Source of the DNA: an uncultured Bifidobacteriaceae bacterium
GTDB taxonomy: Bacteria > Actinomycetota > Acidimicrobiia > IMCC26256 > PALSA-555
Direction of reading: 5' to 3'
DNA length: 43,178 bases
Assembly: GCA_964502775.1 (NCBI GenBank)
Contig: CAZCYE010000003.1
Span: 1-43,178 of the forward strand
This document shows positions 1-9,720 of the stretch, in pieces (position 1 is the first letter of the stretch; each line of letters opens with the position of its first letter). Under the pieces are notes generated by a model. It was not told the DNA's origin. It saw only the letters and a program-made list of their open reading frames with translations, and did not search any database. The position numbers and the translations under genes are program-made.

Positions 1-1
1 G

Positions 2-922
2 CTGCGCGCGCTCGCCAAGCCCCCGGTGCGGCGCCTCGCGCTCGACCTCGGCGTGGATCTCGCCCAGATCTCGCCCGGATCGGGGCCCGGCGGCGCCATC
101 ACCCGGGGCGACGTGCAGCGCGCCGCCGGTGCCGCCCCGATCATTGCGGTCGCGCCCATCAGCCCGATCAGCCCCACGCTCGCCGCGCCCGAGGATCGTC
201 GCCAGCACCCGGTGAGTGGGGTGCAGCCCGGCGCCGAGATCCCGCTCCGCGGCATCCGGGCCCGGATCGCGGAGCGGGTGACCACCTCGAGGGCCACGAT
301 CCCGGACGCCGGGTGCGGGATCGAAGCCGATTGCTCGCGCCTGCTCGAAGTGCGCGACGAGCTCCGAGCCGCGGGCGGCGCGGCCGAGGCACTCACGCCG
401 TTCGTGCTCATCCTGCGGGCCACCGTGCTGGCACTGGCCTCTCGCCCCATCCTCAACTCGGTGCTCGACGTCGATGCCGGAGTGATTCGCGTGCACGAGC
501 ATGTGCACCTCGGCGTGGCTGCGGCTACCGACCGCGGGCTGATGGTCCCGGTGGTGCGCGATGCCGAGCGCCGCTCGGTGCTCGACCTCGCGGCCGAGAT
601 CCGCCGGCTCGCAGAGGGCGCTCGCCGCGACACGCTCACGCCGGCGGAGCTCGTGGGCTCCACCTTCTCCGTGTCGAACTTCGGCGTGTTCGGTCTCGAC
701 GACGGCCATCCCGTCATCAACCACCCCGAGGTGGCCATCCTCGGGGTCGGCGCCCTCCGCCCGCGGGCGGTGGTGGTCGATGGCCAGGTGTTGGCCCGGC
801 CCACGGTGCGGCTCATGTGCTCGTTCGACCACCGCGTCTGCGAAGGCTCCGACGCGGGTGCGTTCCTCGCCGAGCTGCGTGATCTCATCGAGGCGCCGGC
901 GCGACTCCTGGTCAACGGTTGA
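2..922 (+). CDS. 2-oxoacid dehydrogenase E2 (dihydrolipoyl acyltransferase), C-terminal part; the 5' end lies upstream of the window
   Basis: The frame is open from the window edge. It shows a peripheral-subunit-binding motif ([25 protein letters not shown]), a Pro/Ala linker and a catalytic domain ending [25 protein letters not shown] (DHRxxxG-type acyltransferase motif). Confidence 0.85.
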   Translation: MRALAKPPVRRLALDLGVDLAQISPGSGPGGAITRGDVQRAAGAAPIIAVAPISPISPTLAAPEDRRQHPVSGVQPGAEIPLRGIRARIAERVTTSRATIPDAGCGIEADCSRLLEVRDELRAAGGAAEALTPFVLILRATVLALASRPILNSVLDVDAGVIRVHEHVHLGVAAATDRGLMVPVVRDAERRSVLDLAAEIRRLAEGARRDTLTPAELVGSTFSVSNFGVFGLDDGHPVINHPEVAILGVGALRPRAVVVDGQVLARPTVRLMCSFDHRVCEGSDAGAFLAELRDLIEAPARLLVNG

Positions 923-974
923 AGCGAGGCTCGTCGCCGACCACACCGTGCGGGCACCGCCGGCGGGGCGAAGC

Positions 975-2936
975 GTGAACGAGCCGCTGTGGACACCATC
1001 GCCGACGCGTGTGCGCGAGTCGGCGCTCCGGGCGTTCGCTGCCGATGTGGGCAGCGAAGGTAAGGAGCACGGCCTCGCCGGAGGTGACTATGACGAGCTG
1101 CACCGTTGGTCGGTATCGCATCCCGAGGAGTTCTGGCGCCGGGTCTGGGACTTCTGCGGGGTGGTGGGCGACCCCGGCGACCGTGCGGTGGTGCGCGCCG
1201 ACGAGATGTGGCGGACGCGGTTCCTCCCCGACGCCATGCTCAACTACGCGGAGAACCTGCTGCGCCGCCATGACGAGACGCCGGCGCTGTGCTTCGCTCG
1301 GGAAGACGGTCGCCGCCGCACGCTGACCTGGGCCGAGCTGCACGACCTCGTTGGCCGGATCCAAGCTGCGTTGCGCGCGGCCGGCGTCGGGGCCGGCGAC
1401 CGGGTGGCGGGGTGGCTCCCGAACGCGCCCGAGGCCTACGCGCTGCTGCTGGCGTGCGCGGGGATCGGCGCGGTCTTCTCGTCGTGCTCTCCGGACTTCG
1501 GCGTCCGGGGTGTCGTGGACCGCTTCGGCCAGATCGAGCCCGTGGTGCTGGTGGCCGTCGACGCGTACATCTATGACGGCAAGGCCCAGGACTGCTTGGA
1601 GCGCATCGCCCAGGTGCGCGCCGCGCTGCTGACGGTGCGCACTGTGGTGGTGATCGAGTTCGTTGCCGATGATCCCGACGTGTCGTCGATCCCCGACGCG
1701 ATCGCGTGGCGCGAGTGGCTGGCGCCCCACGCGGGCTCGTCACCCGAGTTCGCCCGCCTGGGCTTCGACCAGCCGCTGTACGTGTTGTACTCGTCGGGCA
1801 CCACGGGCCTGCCCAAGTGCATCGTGCACCGGGCGGGCGGAATCCTGCTCCAGCACCTCGTGGAGCACCGGCTCCAATGCGATGTGAAGCCCGGCGACCG
1901 TGTCTTCTACTTCACCACCACGGGCTGGATGATGTGGAACTGGCTCGCGTCGGCGCTCGCCAGCGACGCCACGCTGGTGGTGTACGACGGTGCTCCGCTG
2001 CGCAACGAGGGAAGGGTGCTCTGGGACCTCGCCGACGAGCTCGGCATCACCCTGTTCGGCACCTCGGCGAAGTTCATCGACTCCTGCCGCAAGCTCGGGC
2101 TCGAGCCGGCGGCGAGCCACGACCTCTCGAGCCTGCGCACGATCACGTCCACGGGCTCCCCACTCGTGCCCGAGGGATTCGAGTACGTGTACGACAAGGT
2201 GAAGGCCGACGTGCACCTCGCGTCGATCTCGGGCGGCACGGATCTCTGCGGCTGCTTCGTGTCGGGCGACCCCACCGGGCCCGTGTACGCCGGCGAGATC
2301 CAGCGCCCCAGCCTCGGGATGGCCATCGACGTGCTCGGCGCCGACGGCTTCTCGCTCCCGCCGGGCGAAGCGGGTGAGCTCGTGTGCACCGAGCCGTTCC
2401 CCTCGATGCCGCTCGGGTTCTCGAACGACCCCGGCGACGAGCGCTACCGCGCCGCGTACTTCGAGCGCTTCCCCGGCGCGTGGCACCAGGGCGACTTCGC
2501 CCGCTGGGCCACGCACGGGGGCCTGGTCATCCACGGTCGCTCCGATGCCACCCTCAACCCCGGGGGCGTGCGGATCGGCACCGCCGAGATCTACCGCCAG
2601 GTCGAATTGCTGCCCGAGGTGACCGAGAGCCTGGTGATCGGCCAGGACTGGGACGGGGACACCCGCGTGGTGCTGTTCGTGGTGCTGCGCGCCGGCGCGG
2701 CGCTCACCGACGACCTCGTGGCCGAGATCAAACGTCGCATCGGCTCGGGCGCCTCACCTCGCCATGTGCCCGCACGCGTGATCGCGGTCGCCGATCTCCC
2801 GCGCACGCGCAGCGGCAAGCTCACTGAGCTCGCGGTGCGCGACGTGGTGCACGGGCGTCCGATCAAGAACGCCGAGGCGCTCGCCAACCCCGAGGCCCTC
2901 GAGCAGTTCCGGGATCTCGAGGAGCTGCGCCGGTGA
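975..2936 (+). CDS. acetoacetyl-CoA synthetase (acetoacetate-CoA ligase)
   Basis: Track ORF 561..2936 is trimmed to GTG 975, because the upstream part overlaps the E2 gene. The N-terminus [10 protein letters not shown] is typical of this family, the AMP-binding motif is [15 protein letters not shown], and the length is about 653 aa. Confidence 0.85.
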   Translation: MNEPLWTPSPTRVRESALRAFAADVGSEGKEHGLAGGDYDELHRWSVSHPEEFWRRVWDFCGVVGDPGDRAVVRADEMWRTRFLPDAMLNYAENLLRRHDETPALCFAREDGRRRTLTWAELHDLVGRIQAALRAAGVGAGDRVAGWLPNAPEAYALLLACAGIGAVFSSCSPDFGVRGVVDRFGQIEPVVLVAVDAYIYDGKAQDCLERIAQVRAALLTVRTVVVIEFVADDPDVSSIPDAIAWREWLAPHAGSSPEFARLGFDQPLYVLYSSGTTGLPKCIVHRAGGILLQHLVEHRLQCDVKPGDRVFYFTTTGWMMWNWLASALASDATLVVYDGAPLRNEGRVLWDLADELGITLFGTSAKFIDSCRKLGLEPAASHDLSSLRTITSTGSPLVPEGFEYVYDKVKADVHLASISGGTDLCGCFVSGDPTGPVYAGEIQRPSLGMAIDVLGADGFSLPPGEAGELVCTEPFPSMPLGFSNDPGDERYRAAYFERFPGAWHQGDFARWATHGGLVIHGRSDATLNPGGVRIGTAEIYRQVELLPEVTESLVIGQDWDGDTRVVLFVVLRAGAALTDDLVAEIKRRIGSGASPRHVPARVIAVADLPRTRSGKLTELAVRDVVHGRPIKNAEALANPEALEQFRDLEELRR

Positions 2937-3027
2937 AGCATGTGGAGCTTGCTCGCCGCGAGCCTTGCTGCCATCGTGCCGGCGCCGTCGGCGAGTAAGA
3001 CTGGTTCCCGGCAACCGAGGAGCCACG

Positions 3028-3558
3028 ATGGGTCGGCGGGTCAGCACGATCGCGCGGGCAACCGCGTCCGTGTTCCTCGTGGTGGCCGTGACCGTGGCCG
3101 GCGAGGCCACGGTCGCCGCGGCCGGGAAGCCGAGCCCCAAGCCCTGCAAGCTCCTCCAGGTTTCGGAGCTCGCCGAGGCGTTCGGCGTCGAGATCGGAGC
3201 GCCGACCCGCCGCCGAACCGGCGCCTTGCGTGTGTGCAATTGGGTGGTCCCGGCCCTCGGTGAACGACCTCAGGGGGCACTCGTGGTCACGGTGGTGACG
3301 GCCAAGGCCAAGTACAACTTCCGCCGGGACAGCGGCCTCGCCGACGCCCAGCTCCTTCCGGAGCTGAGCGACGATGCCTTCTACTCCCCGATGCTCAGCG
3401 CGGTCTGGCTGCTCGACGGCGGCGTGCTGTTGACGGTCCAGGGGCTGTTCGTCCGCAGCGCCACCATCGATGAGGGCGATGAGGGCGATGAGATCGACCA
3501 GGTGCTCGTGAGGGACGAGCTCGTCGCGCTCACCGAGCTCGCCCGCGACCGGCTCTGA
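3028..3558 (+). CDS. hypothetical secreted protein
   Basis: ATG 3028 is preceded by GAGGAG with a 5-nt spacer. The N-terminal hydrophobic segment ARATASVFLVVAVTVAG looks like a signal peptide, and the mature part has two Cys. No family recognised. Contains a short 9-bp repeat encoding DEGDEGDE. Confidence 0.55.
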   Translation: MGRRVSTIARATASVFLVVAVTVAGEATVAAAGKPSPKPCKLLQVSELAEAFGVEIGAPTRRRTGALRVCNWVVPALGERPQGALVVTVVTAKAKYNFRRDSGLADAQLLPELSDDAFYSPMLSAVWLLDGGVLLTVQGLFVRSATIDEGDEGDEIDQVLVRDELVALTELARDRL

Positions 3559-3605
3559 GCGTTCGGCCGCGCGCGCCGGCCATGCGCCGTCGCGCCGCTG
3601 CGCCG

Positions 3606-4190
3606 CTATGCAACCTGGGCCCGGTGGCTCCGGAGGTTGGGGATGCGCCGAGTGATCGTCATGAGCAGCCTGGCGACCCAGGTTCCGGTCTGGACGTGGA
3701 TCACGAGGAACGCCCCCAGCACGATCAGGACGTCGCCGATCGAGTACACGTTGGCCAGCGGGAGCCACGACGGTACAGCGAAGATGTCGCCGAGGAATGC
3801 GACGCTCGCGTCGTTGAGTGCAGTGGAGTTCTCGAACCCGTGGCCCACCGAGATGCCCGCCGCGCTCAGGGCCGAGCGGGACGCCGGCATCACGCCGTCG
3901 TTGGCGGCGATCGCCACGAGGTTCAGCACCCCACCGGCGAGCATCGTGAACCGCCACGGAATGCCCGAGTTGGCGAGGAGCCAGCCCAGCACCAGCACGT
4001 AGGTCGTCATGTGCAGTCCACGGGCGATCGAGCTGTCGCCGGCCACGATCGAGATGATCACGACCTGCACCACGAGCGCGCCCAGGACCACGCCCGTGCC
4101 GCGGAGCCGGATCTCGCCCAGGCGCCGCAGCCGGCCCCCCGTGAGGGGGACGCTGGCCAGCGCGACGCCGACGAGCAGGACCATTAGCAT
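3606..4190 (-). CDS. DUF5317-family polytopic membrane protein
   Basis: The 194-aa product has about 5 hydrophobic helices. The motifs ANDGVMPAS..LSAAGIS, FLGDIF and VYSIGDVLIVLG match my recollection of the DUF5317 signature (NGGxMPV...LGD...SIGD). The SD GGGAG lies 5 nt upstream of ATG 4190. Confidence 0.72.
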   Translation of the reverse strand: MLMVLLVGVALASVPLTGGRLRRLGEIRLRGTGVVLGALVVQVVIISIVAGDSSIARGLHMTTYVLVLGWLLANSGIPWRFTMLAGGVLNLVAIAANDGVMPASRSALSAAGISVGHGFENSTALNDASVAFLGDIFAVPSWLPLANVYSIGDVLIVLGAFLVIHVQTGTWVARLLMTITRRIPNLRSHRAQVA

Positions 4191-4404
4191 CAGGGCTCCC
4201 GGGAGGAATGGTTCGTGGGCTCCTTGGACACCGTTGTCGGCAATCGCTTGCGGGCCCTTGAGCGTGCCGCCGTCCCGTGGGCGTTTCGCGCAGGATGTCC
4301 GATTTGCTCGAGCTCCCCGAATCCCCCTTCAGCGGGCTCGGCTCGGCGCCGATACCTCCGGTCTGCGCCCGAATGGGCGCACAGAGCACCAGAGGAGCAG
4401 TTGG

Positions 4405-4494
4405 ATGAGAGCTCGTCTTCTGCGCATCAGCGTTGCCGCCGCCACGCTCGTCTCTCTCGTCGCCGTTCTCGGCGCCGGGATCAAGTGGCGCTGA
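4405..4494 (+). CDS. candidate 29-aa membrane micro-protein (MRARLLRISVAAATLVSLVAVLGAGIKWR)
   Basis: Below the size cut-off of the ORF track. ATG 4405 is preceded by AGGAG with a 7-nt spacer. The peptide has a basic N-terminus, an 18-residue hydrophobic core, GAG and a basic C-terminus. It lies 110 nt upstream of the GGDEF-EAL gene and is collinear, with the same length, with a second ORF at 25623..25712. Confidence 0.35.
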   Translation: MRARLLRISVAAATLVSLVAVLGAGIKWR

Positions 4495-4603
4495 CGACCA
4501 TTCGTGAGGGGGCCGTTCCGGGGCGAGAGCCTCGGGGCGGCCTCCTTTCTTTTTCACGGTCGGCGTTCTCACCGCGGGCTCGTTCCCATGGGGGGCGGCA
4601 TCC

Positions 4604-6643
4604 ATGACGGCCGAGGCCGGGACCGGCCGGGCGAGGCTGCTGCACGGCTACCTGACAGCGGTCATCGTCGTCGGCTTGGCCGACATCGCGGTCGCGGTGA
4701 GGTTCGAGGGTCCGGTCGTCCCTGACAGCAACGTCGGCCGCTACGCGGTCTTCGCGGCCATCATCGTGATCGGCGAGCTGTTCCCGGTGACCTTCAAGTT
4801 CCGCAACGAGCACCACGACGTCACCACGTCCACATCGTTCGCGTTCGCGGTGCTCCTGATGTTCGGCCTTGCCCCCACGTTGCTGGCGCAGTCGATCGCC
4901 TCGATCGCCTCTGACGTGCGCCAACGCAAGACATGGTGGCGGGCGTTGTTCAACGTGTCCCAGTACGCCTTGGCCTGGACGGCATGCTGGGCAGTGCTGC
5001 GAGTGAGCGGGGTCACCCGCTTCGACACGGCCGAGTCGTTCACGAGCGACGGGGCCGTGGGGCTCGTGGCGGCGGCGGTGGTCTTCATGGTCGTGAACTA
5101 CGTCTTCGTTGCGATCGCCGTTGCCCTCGCCCAGCGCTACGTCGTCGCCAGGAATTTCGTCTCGAGTGCTCGGATCGATCTGGCCATCTCGGCGGTGTTG
5201 TTCGCCATGGCGCCGGTCGTGGTGATCATCGGGGAGCAGAATCTCGCGCTCGTCCCCTTGTTGCTCGCGCCGCTCGCCGCCGTCTACCAGAGCGCCCGTA
5301 CCTCGATGGAGAAGCTGCATCAGTCCATGCACGACTCGCTCACCAACCTCCCCAACCGTCTCTACTTCGAGGAGCGCGTGCGGCAGGCGATTGACGAGCG
5401 GCCGGATGCAAAGCTCGATGTGTTGATCGTGAATATCGACAGCTTCTCAGAGATCAACAACACGTTGGGCCATCACGTGGGTGACATTCTCATCGTCCAG
5501 GTCGCCGATCGTCTCCGGAGTGCAGTGCCCGGCGACGCCGTGGTCTCACGCCTGGGCAGCGATGAGTACGCGATCTCGTTGCCGGCCGGCTCCGGTCACG
5601 ACGCGCGTGGCCTTGCCGACCTCATCCAGCGCTCGCTCGAGGCGCCGTTCGTGCTCGACGAGGTCACCTTCGAGGTGGGTGCGAGCATCGGGTCCGCCTC
5701 GTACCCCCTTCACGGGAACGACGTGGACACGTTGATCCGGCGAGCGGATTCGGCCATGTACGAAGCCAAGGAACGCCGGAGCGGCTTCGAGTGGTTCCGC
5801 CCCGAGCGAGACCACCGCGACGCCCGGCGCCTGACCGTGCTCGCCGAGCTGCGCCAAGGCATCGACGAAGGCCAGCTCGTCCTGCACTTCCAGCCCAAGG
5901 CCGAGTTGCCGACCGGGCGTATCCTCGGGGCCGAGGCGCTCGTGCGCTGGAACCATCCCGCGCTCGGTCTCCTCGGCCCGGACTCCTTCGTGCCCCTTGC
6001 CGAGCCCACGGGTCTCATCAACTCCTTGACGTTGCACGTGCTGGAGCAGGCACTGGAACAGTGCCACCGGTGGTCCGACGAGAAGCGGGATCTGCGGGTG
6101 TCGGTGAACGTGTCCGTGCGCAACCTGTACGACGAGCGGTTCGTGTTCGACGTCGACAGGATCCTCGAGCGCACGGGTGTCGATCCCAGTCGCCTCACGC
6201 TCGAGATCACTGAGAGCACGATGATGGCCGATCCGACGCGCCCGATCGCGGCGCTGGCGCAACTCAGTCTCCGAGGAGTCCAGATCGCCGTCGACGACTT
6301 CGGCACCGGATACTCGTCGCTCGCATACCTGCGCCGGCTCCCGGTGACCGAGATCAAGATCGACAAGTCGTTCGTGCTCGGCATGCTGGATTCGCCCGAC
6401 GACGCCACGATCGTCCGCTCGACGATCGATCTCGTACGCAACCTTGGGCTCATCGCGGTGGCCGAAGGCGTGGAGCGCGAGGAGGTCTGGAACGCGCTGA
6501 TCGAGCTGGGCTGTCACCGCGCCCAGGGCCACTACCTCACTCGGCCGCTCGCCGCCGATGCGTTCACGCACTGGCTCGATCGCTACGACCCGCGGGCGCC
6601 CGGTCGGCAGGCGCCCGCGTCGCGGGGGCTGCGCGCGGTCTGA
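4604..6643 (+). CDS. membrane-bound GGDEF(degenerate)-EAL protein, probable c-di-GMP phosphodiesterase
   Basis: The N-terminal ~235 aa are polytopic. The GGDEF domain (DSLTNLPNR, GHHVGD) has GSDEY in place of GGDEF. The EAL domain carries EALVRW, NVS, EITE, DDFGTGYSSL, KIDKSF, AEGVE and AQG. Confidence 0.9.
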   Translation: MTAEAGTGRARLLHGYLTAVIVVGLADIAVAVRFEGPVVPDSNVGRYAVFAAIIVIGELFPVTFKFRNEHHDVTTSTSFAFAVLLMFGLAPTLLAQSIASIASDVRQRKTWWRALFNVSQYALAWTACWAVLRVSGVTRFDTAESFTSDGAVGLVAAAVVFMVVNYVFVAIAVALAQRYVVARNFVSSARIDLAISAVLFAMAPVVVIIGEQNLALVPLLLAPLAAVYQSARTSMEKLHQSMHDSLTNLPNRLYFEERVRQAIDERPDAKLDVLIVNIDSFSEINNTLGHHVGDILIVQVADRLRSAVPGDAVVSRLGSDEYAISLPAGSGHDARGLADLIQRSLEAPFVLDEVTFEVGASIGSASYPLHGNDVDTLIRRADSAMYEAKERRSGFEWFRPERDHRDARRLTVLAELRQGIDEGQLVLHFQPKAELPTGRILGAEALVRWNHPALGLLGPDSFVPLAEPTGLINSLTLHVLEQALEQCHRWSDEKRDLRVSVNVSVRNLYDERFVFDVDRILERTGVDPSRLTLEITESTMMADPTRPIAALAQLSLRGVQIAVDDFGTGYSSLAYLRRLPVTEIKIDKSFVLGMLDSPDDATIVRSTIDLVRNLGLIAVAEGVEREEVWNALIELGCHRAQGHYLTRPLAADAFTHWLDRYDPRAPGRQAPASRGLRAV

Positions 6644-6691
6644 GGTCTCAGCGCCTCTCAACGCGTGGCCGGCCGATGAAGTCAGTCACGG

Positions 6692-7156
6692 TCAATCGGC
6701 TCCGGAGATGTCGACCTGGTAGGCGTCGTAGACGAGCTCGGCGCCTTGGTGGCGGTGCACGAGGATCCTCCGCACGAGATCCAGGCACTGGTCACGCGCG
6801 GTCTCCACCCCCGCCTCGTCGTGGACGGCGCCGAGCGTTGCGGCCAGTGCCTCGCCGGCTGCCGTGAGCGCTTCGTGATCCTCGATGAGCATCTCGATCG
6901 CGTGCTGGAGCCGCGGGGCCTCCTCGGTCACCTGGGCGAACAGGCCACCGGAGCCCTCGGTCTCCGCCACGTGTGCGGAGAGGACCTCGCGAAGCTCCTC
7001 GACCGGCTCGGCGAGGAGCGCCGCCCAGCGCTCGGGAGCGTCGGCCGCGGGTGTGCTCAGCGCGCGCTCCACGTCGAGCACCGCTTCGTACAGGCGCTCG
7101 CGGCGGATCCGCACCGCGTCGAGCGCGTCCCGATTCCGCTCATGGATGTCGCTCAC
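6692..7156 (-). CDS. hypothetical acidic all-helical protein
   Basis: 154-aa ORF with a GTG start and strong third-position G+C, rich in A/E/L and divergent from cydA. No family recognised; a hemerythrin-like helical bundle is only a guess. Confidence 0.55.
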   Translation of the reverse strand: MSDIHERNRDALDAVRIRRERLYEAVLDVERALSTPAADAPERWAALLAEPVEELREVLSAHVAETEGSGGLFAQVTEEAPRLQHAIEMLIEDHEALTAAGEALAATLGAVHDEAGVETARDQCLDLVRRILVHRHQGAELVYDAYQVDISGAD

Positions 7157-7291
7157 CGGCTCATTTCAGCACGCTCACGGCCCGCGGCTCGCTCCGGTGA
7201 CCGGTGGGGCGAATCGCGCTTCGACCGCCCCGATCCCCTCGCCTCCGATCGGGTCGCCGCTAGCGTGACCGATCACCGTCGGGAGAGTGCC

Positions 7292-8710
7292 TTGCTGGCG
7301 ACCTATGCGATCCTGGCCGCGGAGCCTCCCCAGCTGTTGCCGGCGCGCACCCAGATGGCCTGGACCCTGGGCGTGCACATCGTGCTGGTGCCGATGGGGG
7401 TCGCGTTCACGTTCCTGACCCTGGTGGCCAACTGGCGAGGGCTGCGCCGCGACGATGCCGAGGCGCTGCGACTGGCGCAGCGCTGGTCCAAGGTGGCCGC
7501 AGTGCTGTTCGCCGTGGGGGCGGTCACGGGAACGGTGCTGTCGTTCGAGCTGGGCCTGCTGTGGCCCCGGCTGATGGGGCGATTCGGCGAAGCGTTCGGG
7601 CTTCCGTTCATGATCGAGGGTCTCTTCTTCTTCATCGAGGCCGTGTTCATCGCGATCTACATCTACGGATGGAAGCGCATGCGGCCGTGGACGCACTTCT
7701 GGGCCGGTGTTCCCATCGTGATCGCCGGGATCGGGGGGACGCTCTCGGTCGTGGCGGCCAACGCCTGGATGAACGACCCCGGTGGGTTCTCGGTCCGTGG
7801 TGGCAAGATCGTCGACGTCGACCCGGTCGACGTCATCTTCAACGGCGCGTTCTGGCACGAGTCGATCCACATGCTGCTGGCGGCCTATCTCGTTGCCGGA
7901 TTCCTCGTGGCTTCGGTGTACGCCTCCGCGATGCGGCGCGGCCGCACGAATCGCTATCACCGGTTGGGGTTCATGATCCCGTTCACGGTCGCGGCCATCG
8001 TCATGCCGCTCCAGTTCGTCTCGGGGGATCTCTCGGCGCGCTGGGTGCGCGACAACCAGCCGGTCAAGTTCGCCGCGATGGAGCTCGTCCCCGAGACCGC
8101 TCGCGACGTTCCCGAGATCATCGGTGGCTATTACGCCGACGGCAAGGTGAAGGGCCCGAGGATCTCGATCCCAGGCGTTGCGTCGCTGCTGTCGGGGTTC
8201 TCGATCGACACCGAGATCCAGGGGTTCAACTCGGTGCCGGAGGACGAGCGCCCACCGGTGAGCATCGTGCACCTCGCGTGGAATGTGATGATCGGGCTGG
8301 GCTCGGCCCTGTTGGGCCTCGCGGTGTGGTTCGCGGTGCTGCGCTGGCGACGCCGCGACGTGGCGGATGCTCGGTGGTTCCTGCGCGGCGCGTCGGTGGC
8401 CGGGATCGCGTCGGTCGTTGCCATGTGGGCCGGGTGGACGGTGACCGAGGTCGGCCGCCAACCGTGGGTCGTCCAGGGTCTCCTGCGCACCGAGGATGCC
8501 GTGACCCGCGCCGATGCCGACGGCCTGTGGGTCAGCCTCGGCCTGGTGGTGGTGCTGTACGTCGCCATCGCGACCGCCACCGTGCTCGTGCTCAGGGGCA
8601 TGGCCCGGCGCTGGCGGCGCGCCGACGAGGGTGAGATCGCCGAGGAGCTGGTGCCCTACGGTCCTGCTCGCACGATGCTCGTGGACGAGGCGGGGGACTC
8701 GGCGCCGTGA
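7292..8710 (+). CDS. cydA: cytochrome bd ubiquinol oxidase subunit I
   Basis: Track ORF 6746..8710 is trimmed to TTG 7292, which has GGGAGAG upstream; GTG 7265 is an alternative. The N-terminus LPARTQMAWTLGVHIVLVP is CydA-like, with a periplasmic Q-loop region and 9 TM segments, and it is followed by cydB with a GTGA overlap. Confidence 0.88.
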   Translation: MLATYAILAAEPPQLLPARTQMAWTLGVHIVLVPMGVAFTFLTLVANWRGLRRDDAEALRLAQRWSKVAAVLFAVGAVTGTVLSFELGLLWPRLMGRFGEAFGLPFMIEGLFFFIEAVFIAIYIYGWKRMRPWTHFWAGVPIVIAGIGGTLSVVAANAWMNDPGGFSVRGGKIVDVDPVDVIFNGAFWHESIHMLLAAYLVAGFLVASVYASAMRRGRTNRYHRLGFMIPFTVAAIVMPLQFVSGDLSARWVRDNQPVKFAAMELVPETARDVPEIIGGYYADGKVKGPRISIPGVASLLSGFSIDTEIQGFNSVPEDERPPVSIVHLAWNVMIGLGSALLGLAVWFAVLRWRRRDVADARWFLRGASVAGIASVVAMWAGWTVTEVGRQPWVVQGLLRTEDAVTRADADGLWVSLGLVVVLYVAIATATVLVLRGMARRWRRADEGEIAEELVPYGPARTMLVDEAGDSAP

Positions 8711-9720
8711 GCGATGCCGTCGCCGTCGTGCTGTGGATCGGCGTCGTCGCGTACGCCGTGTTCGGAGGCGCCGACTTTGGTGCGGGTTTCTGGGACCTCG
8801 TCGCGGGCGGAGCCCGCCGCGGGCGGCGTACACGCGCGCTGATCGACTCGTCGCTCGCGCCGGTGTGGGAGGCCAACCACGTCTGGCTCATCTTCTGCTT
8901 GGTGGTGCTGTGGACGGGGTTCCCGTCGGCGTTCGCGGCCATCGCTCAGGCGCTGTACGTGCCGCTGACCATCGCCGCGCTGGGAATCGTCGTGCGGGGA
9001 ACGGGATTCGCCTTCGGCAAGGTGGTGGCGCGCGTCCCCCACCAACGGGTGTACGGCGCTGCCTTCGCGGTGTCGTCGGTGATCACCCCGTTCTTCCTCG
9101 GCACCGTTGCGGGCGCGATCGCCTCGGGGCGCGTTCCGCCGCGCGGCACCGCCGGTTCCGACGCGGTGGATGCTGCCGACGTGTGGGTCAATCCCACGTC
9201 GATGCTCGGCGGCTGTCTCGCCGTCGCCGTCTGCGCGTACTTGGCTGCGGTGTTCCTCGTGGACGAGGCCCGTCGCCGGCACGCCGATGACCTGGTGCGC
9301 ATGTTCCGCCGTCGTGCCATCGGCGCGGGGATGGCCGCGGGGGTGGTGGCGCTCGTGGGCATCTGGGTCCTGCGCGACGATTCCCCTCGGCTCTTCGGTC
9401 ATCTCACCGATCGCGCGTTGCCCCTCGTGGTCCTGTCCGGCGTGTTCGGCCTGGCCGCGCTCGTCGTGCTGTTCCGAGGCTCACCTCGCGGGGCCCGAGC
9501 GCTCGCTGCGGGAGCGGTGGCGGCGGTGGTGGGTGGCTGGGGCGTCGCCCAGTACCCGAATCTCCTCGGGACTCGGGTGTCCCTGGAGGCAGCCGCCGCG
9601 CCCGATGCCACCCTGGGCGCGGTCCTCGGGGTTGCCGTCGCGGCCGCGCTCACCGTGGTGCCCGCGCTGGGGTATCTCTATGTCCTGAGTCAGCGCGGCG
9701 ACGTGGACGCGAGCGCATGA
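8707..9720 (+). CDS. cydB: cytochrome bd ubiquinol oxidase subunit II
   Basis: The N-terminus VVLWIGVVAYAVFGGADFGAGFWDL is the classic CydB signature. The protein is polytopic and its start overlaps the cydA stop. Confidence 0.9.
   Translation: MSDAVAVVLWIGVVAYAVFGGADFGAGFWDLVAGGARRGRRTRALIDSSLAPVWEANHVWLIFCLVVLWTGFPSAFAAIAQALYVPLTIAALGIVVRGTGFAFGKVVARVPHQRVYGAAFAVSSVITPFFLGTVAGAIASGRVPPRGTAGSDAVDAADVWVNPTSMLGGCLAVAVCAYLAAVFLVDEARRRHADDLVRMFRRRAIGAGMAAGVVALVGIWVLRDDSPRLFGHLTDRALPLVVLSGVFGLAALVVLFRGSPRGARALAAGAVAAVVGGWGVAQYPNLLGTRVSLEAAAAPDATLGAVLGVAVAAALTVVPALGYLYVLSQRGDVDASA

Noticed and set aside
826-846. E2 catalytic motif reads DHRVCEG instead of the usual DHRxxDG
   Set aside because: The Asp to Glu change is conservative and the catalytic His is retained. 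There is not enough evidence to call it a functional anomaly.
561-974. Long N-terminal extensions of track ORFs (561..2936, 6746..8710, 11232..12635, 13594..15045, 16246..18456, 33779..34663, 35075..37222, 38144..39049, 38763..39530, 39389..40315)
   Set aside because: The upstream parts overlap the preceding gene and are Arg/Pro-rich. The conserved N-termini and the recurrent ATGA/GTGA start-stop overlaps indicate the shorter starts used in the feature list.
2863-4605. 580-aa ORF on the minus strand spanning several plus- and minus-strand genes
   Set aside because: The translation is Arg/Pro/Gly-rich and low in complexity. It overlaps recognisable genes in other frames. This is a typical stop-poor shadow ORF of ~70% G+C DNA.
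7265-7276. GTGACCGATCAC dyad upstream of or within the cydA start region, as a CRP/FNR-type site
   Set aside because: The half-site spacing is N4, not the N6 of TGTGA-N6-TCACA sites, and the dyad is imperfect. It may lie inside the coding region if GTG 7265 is the start.
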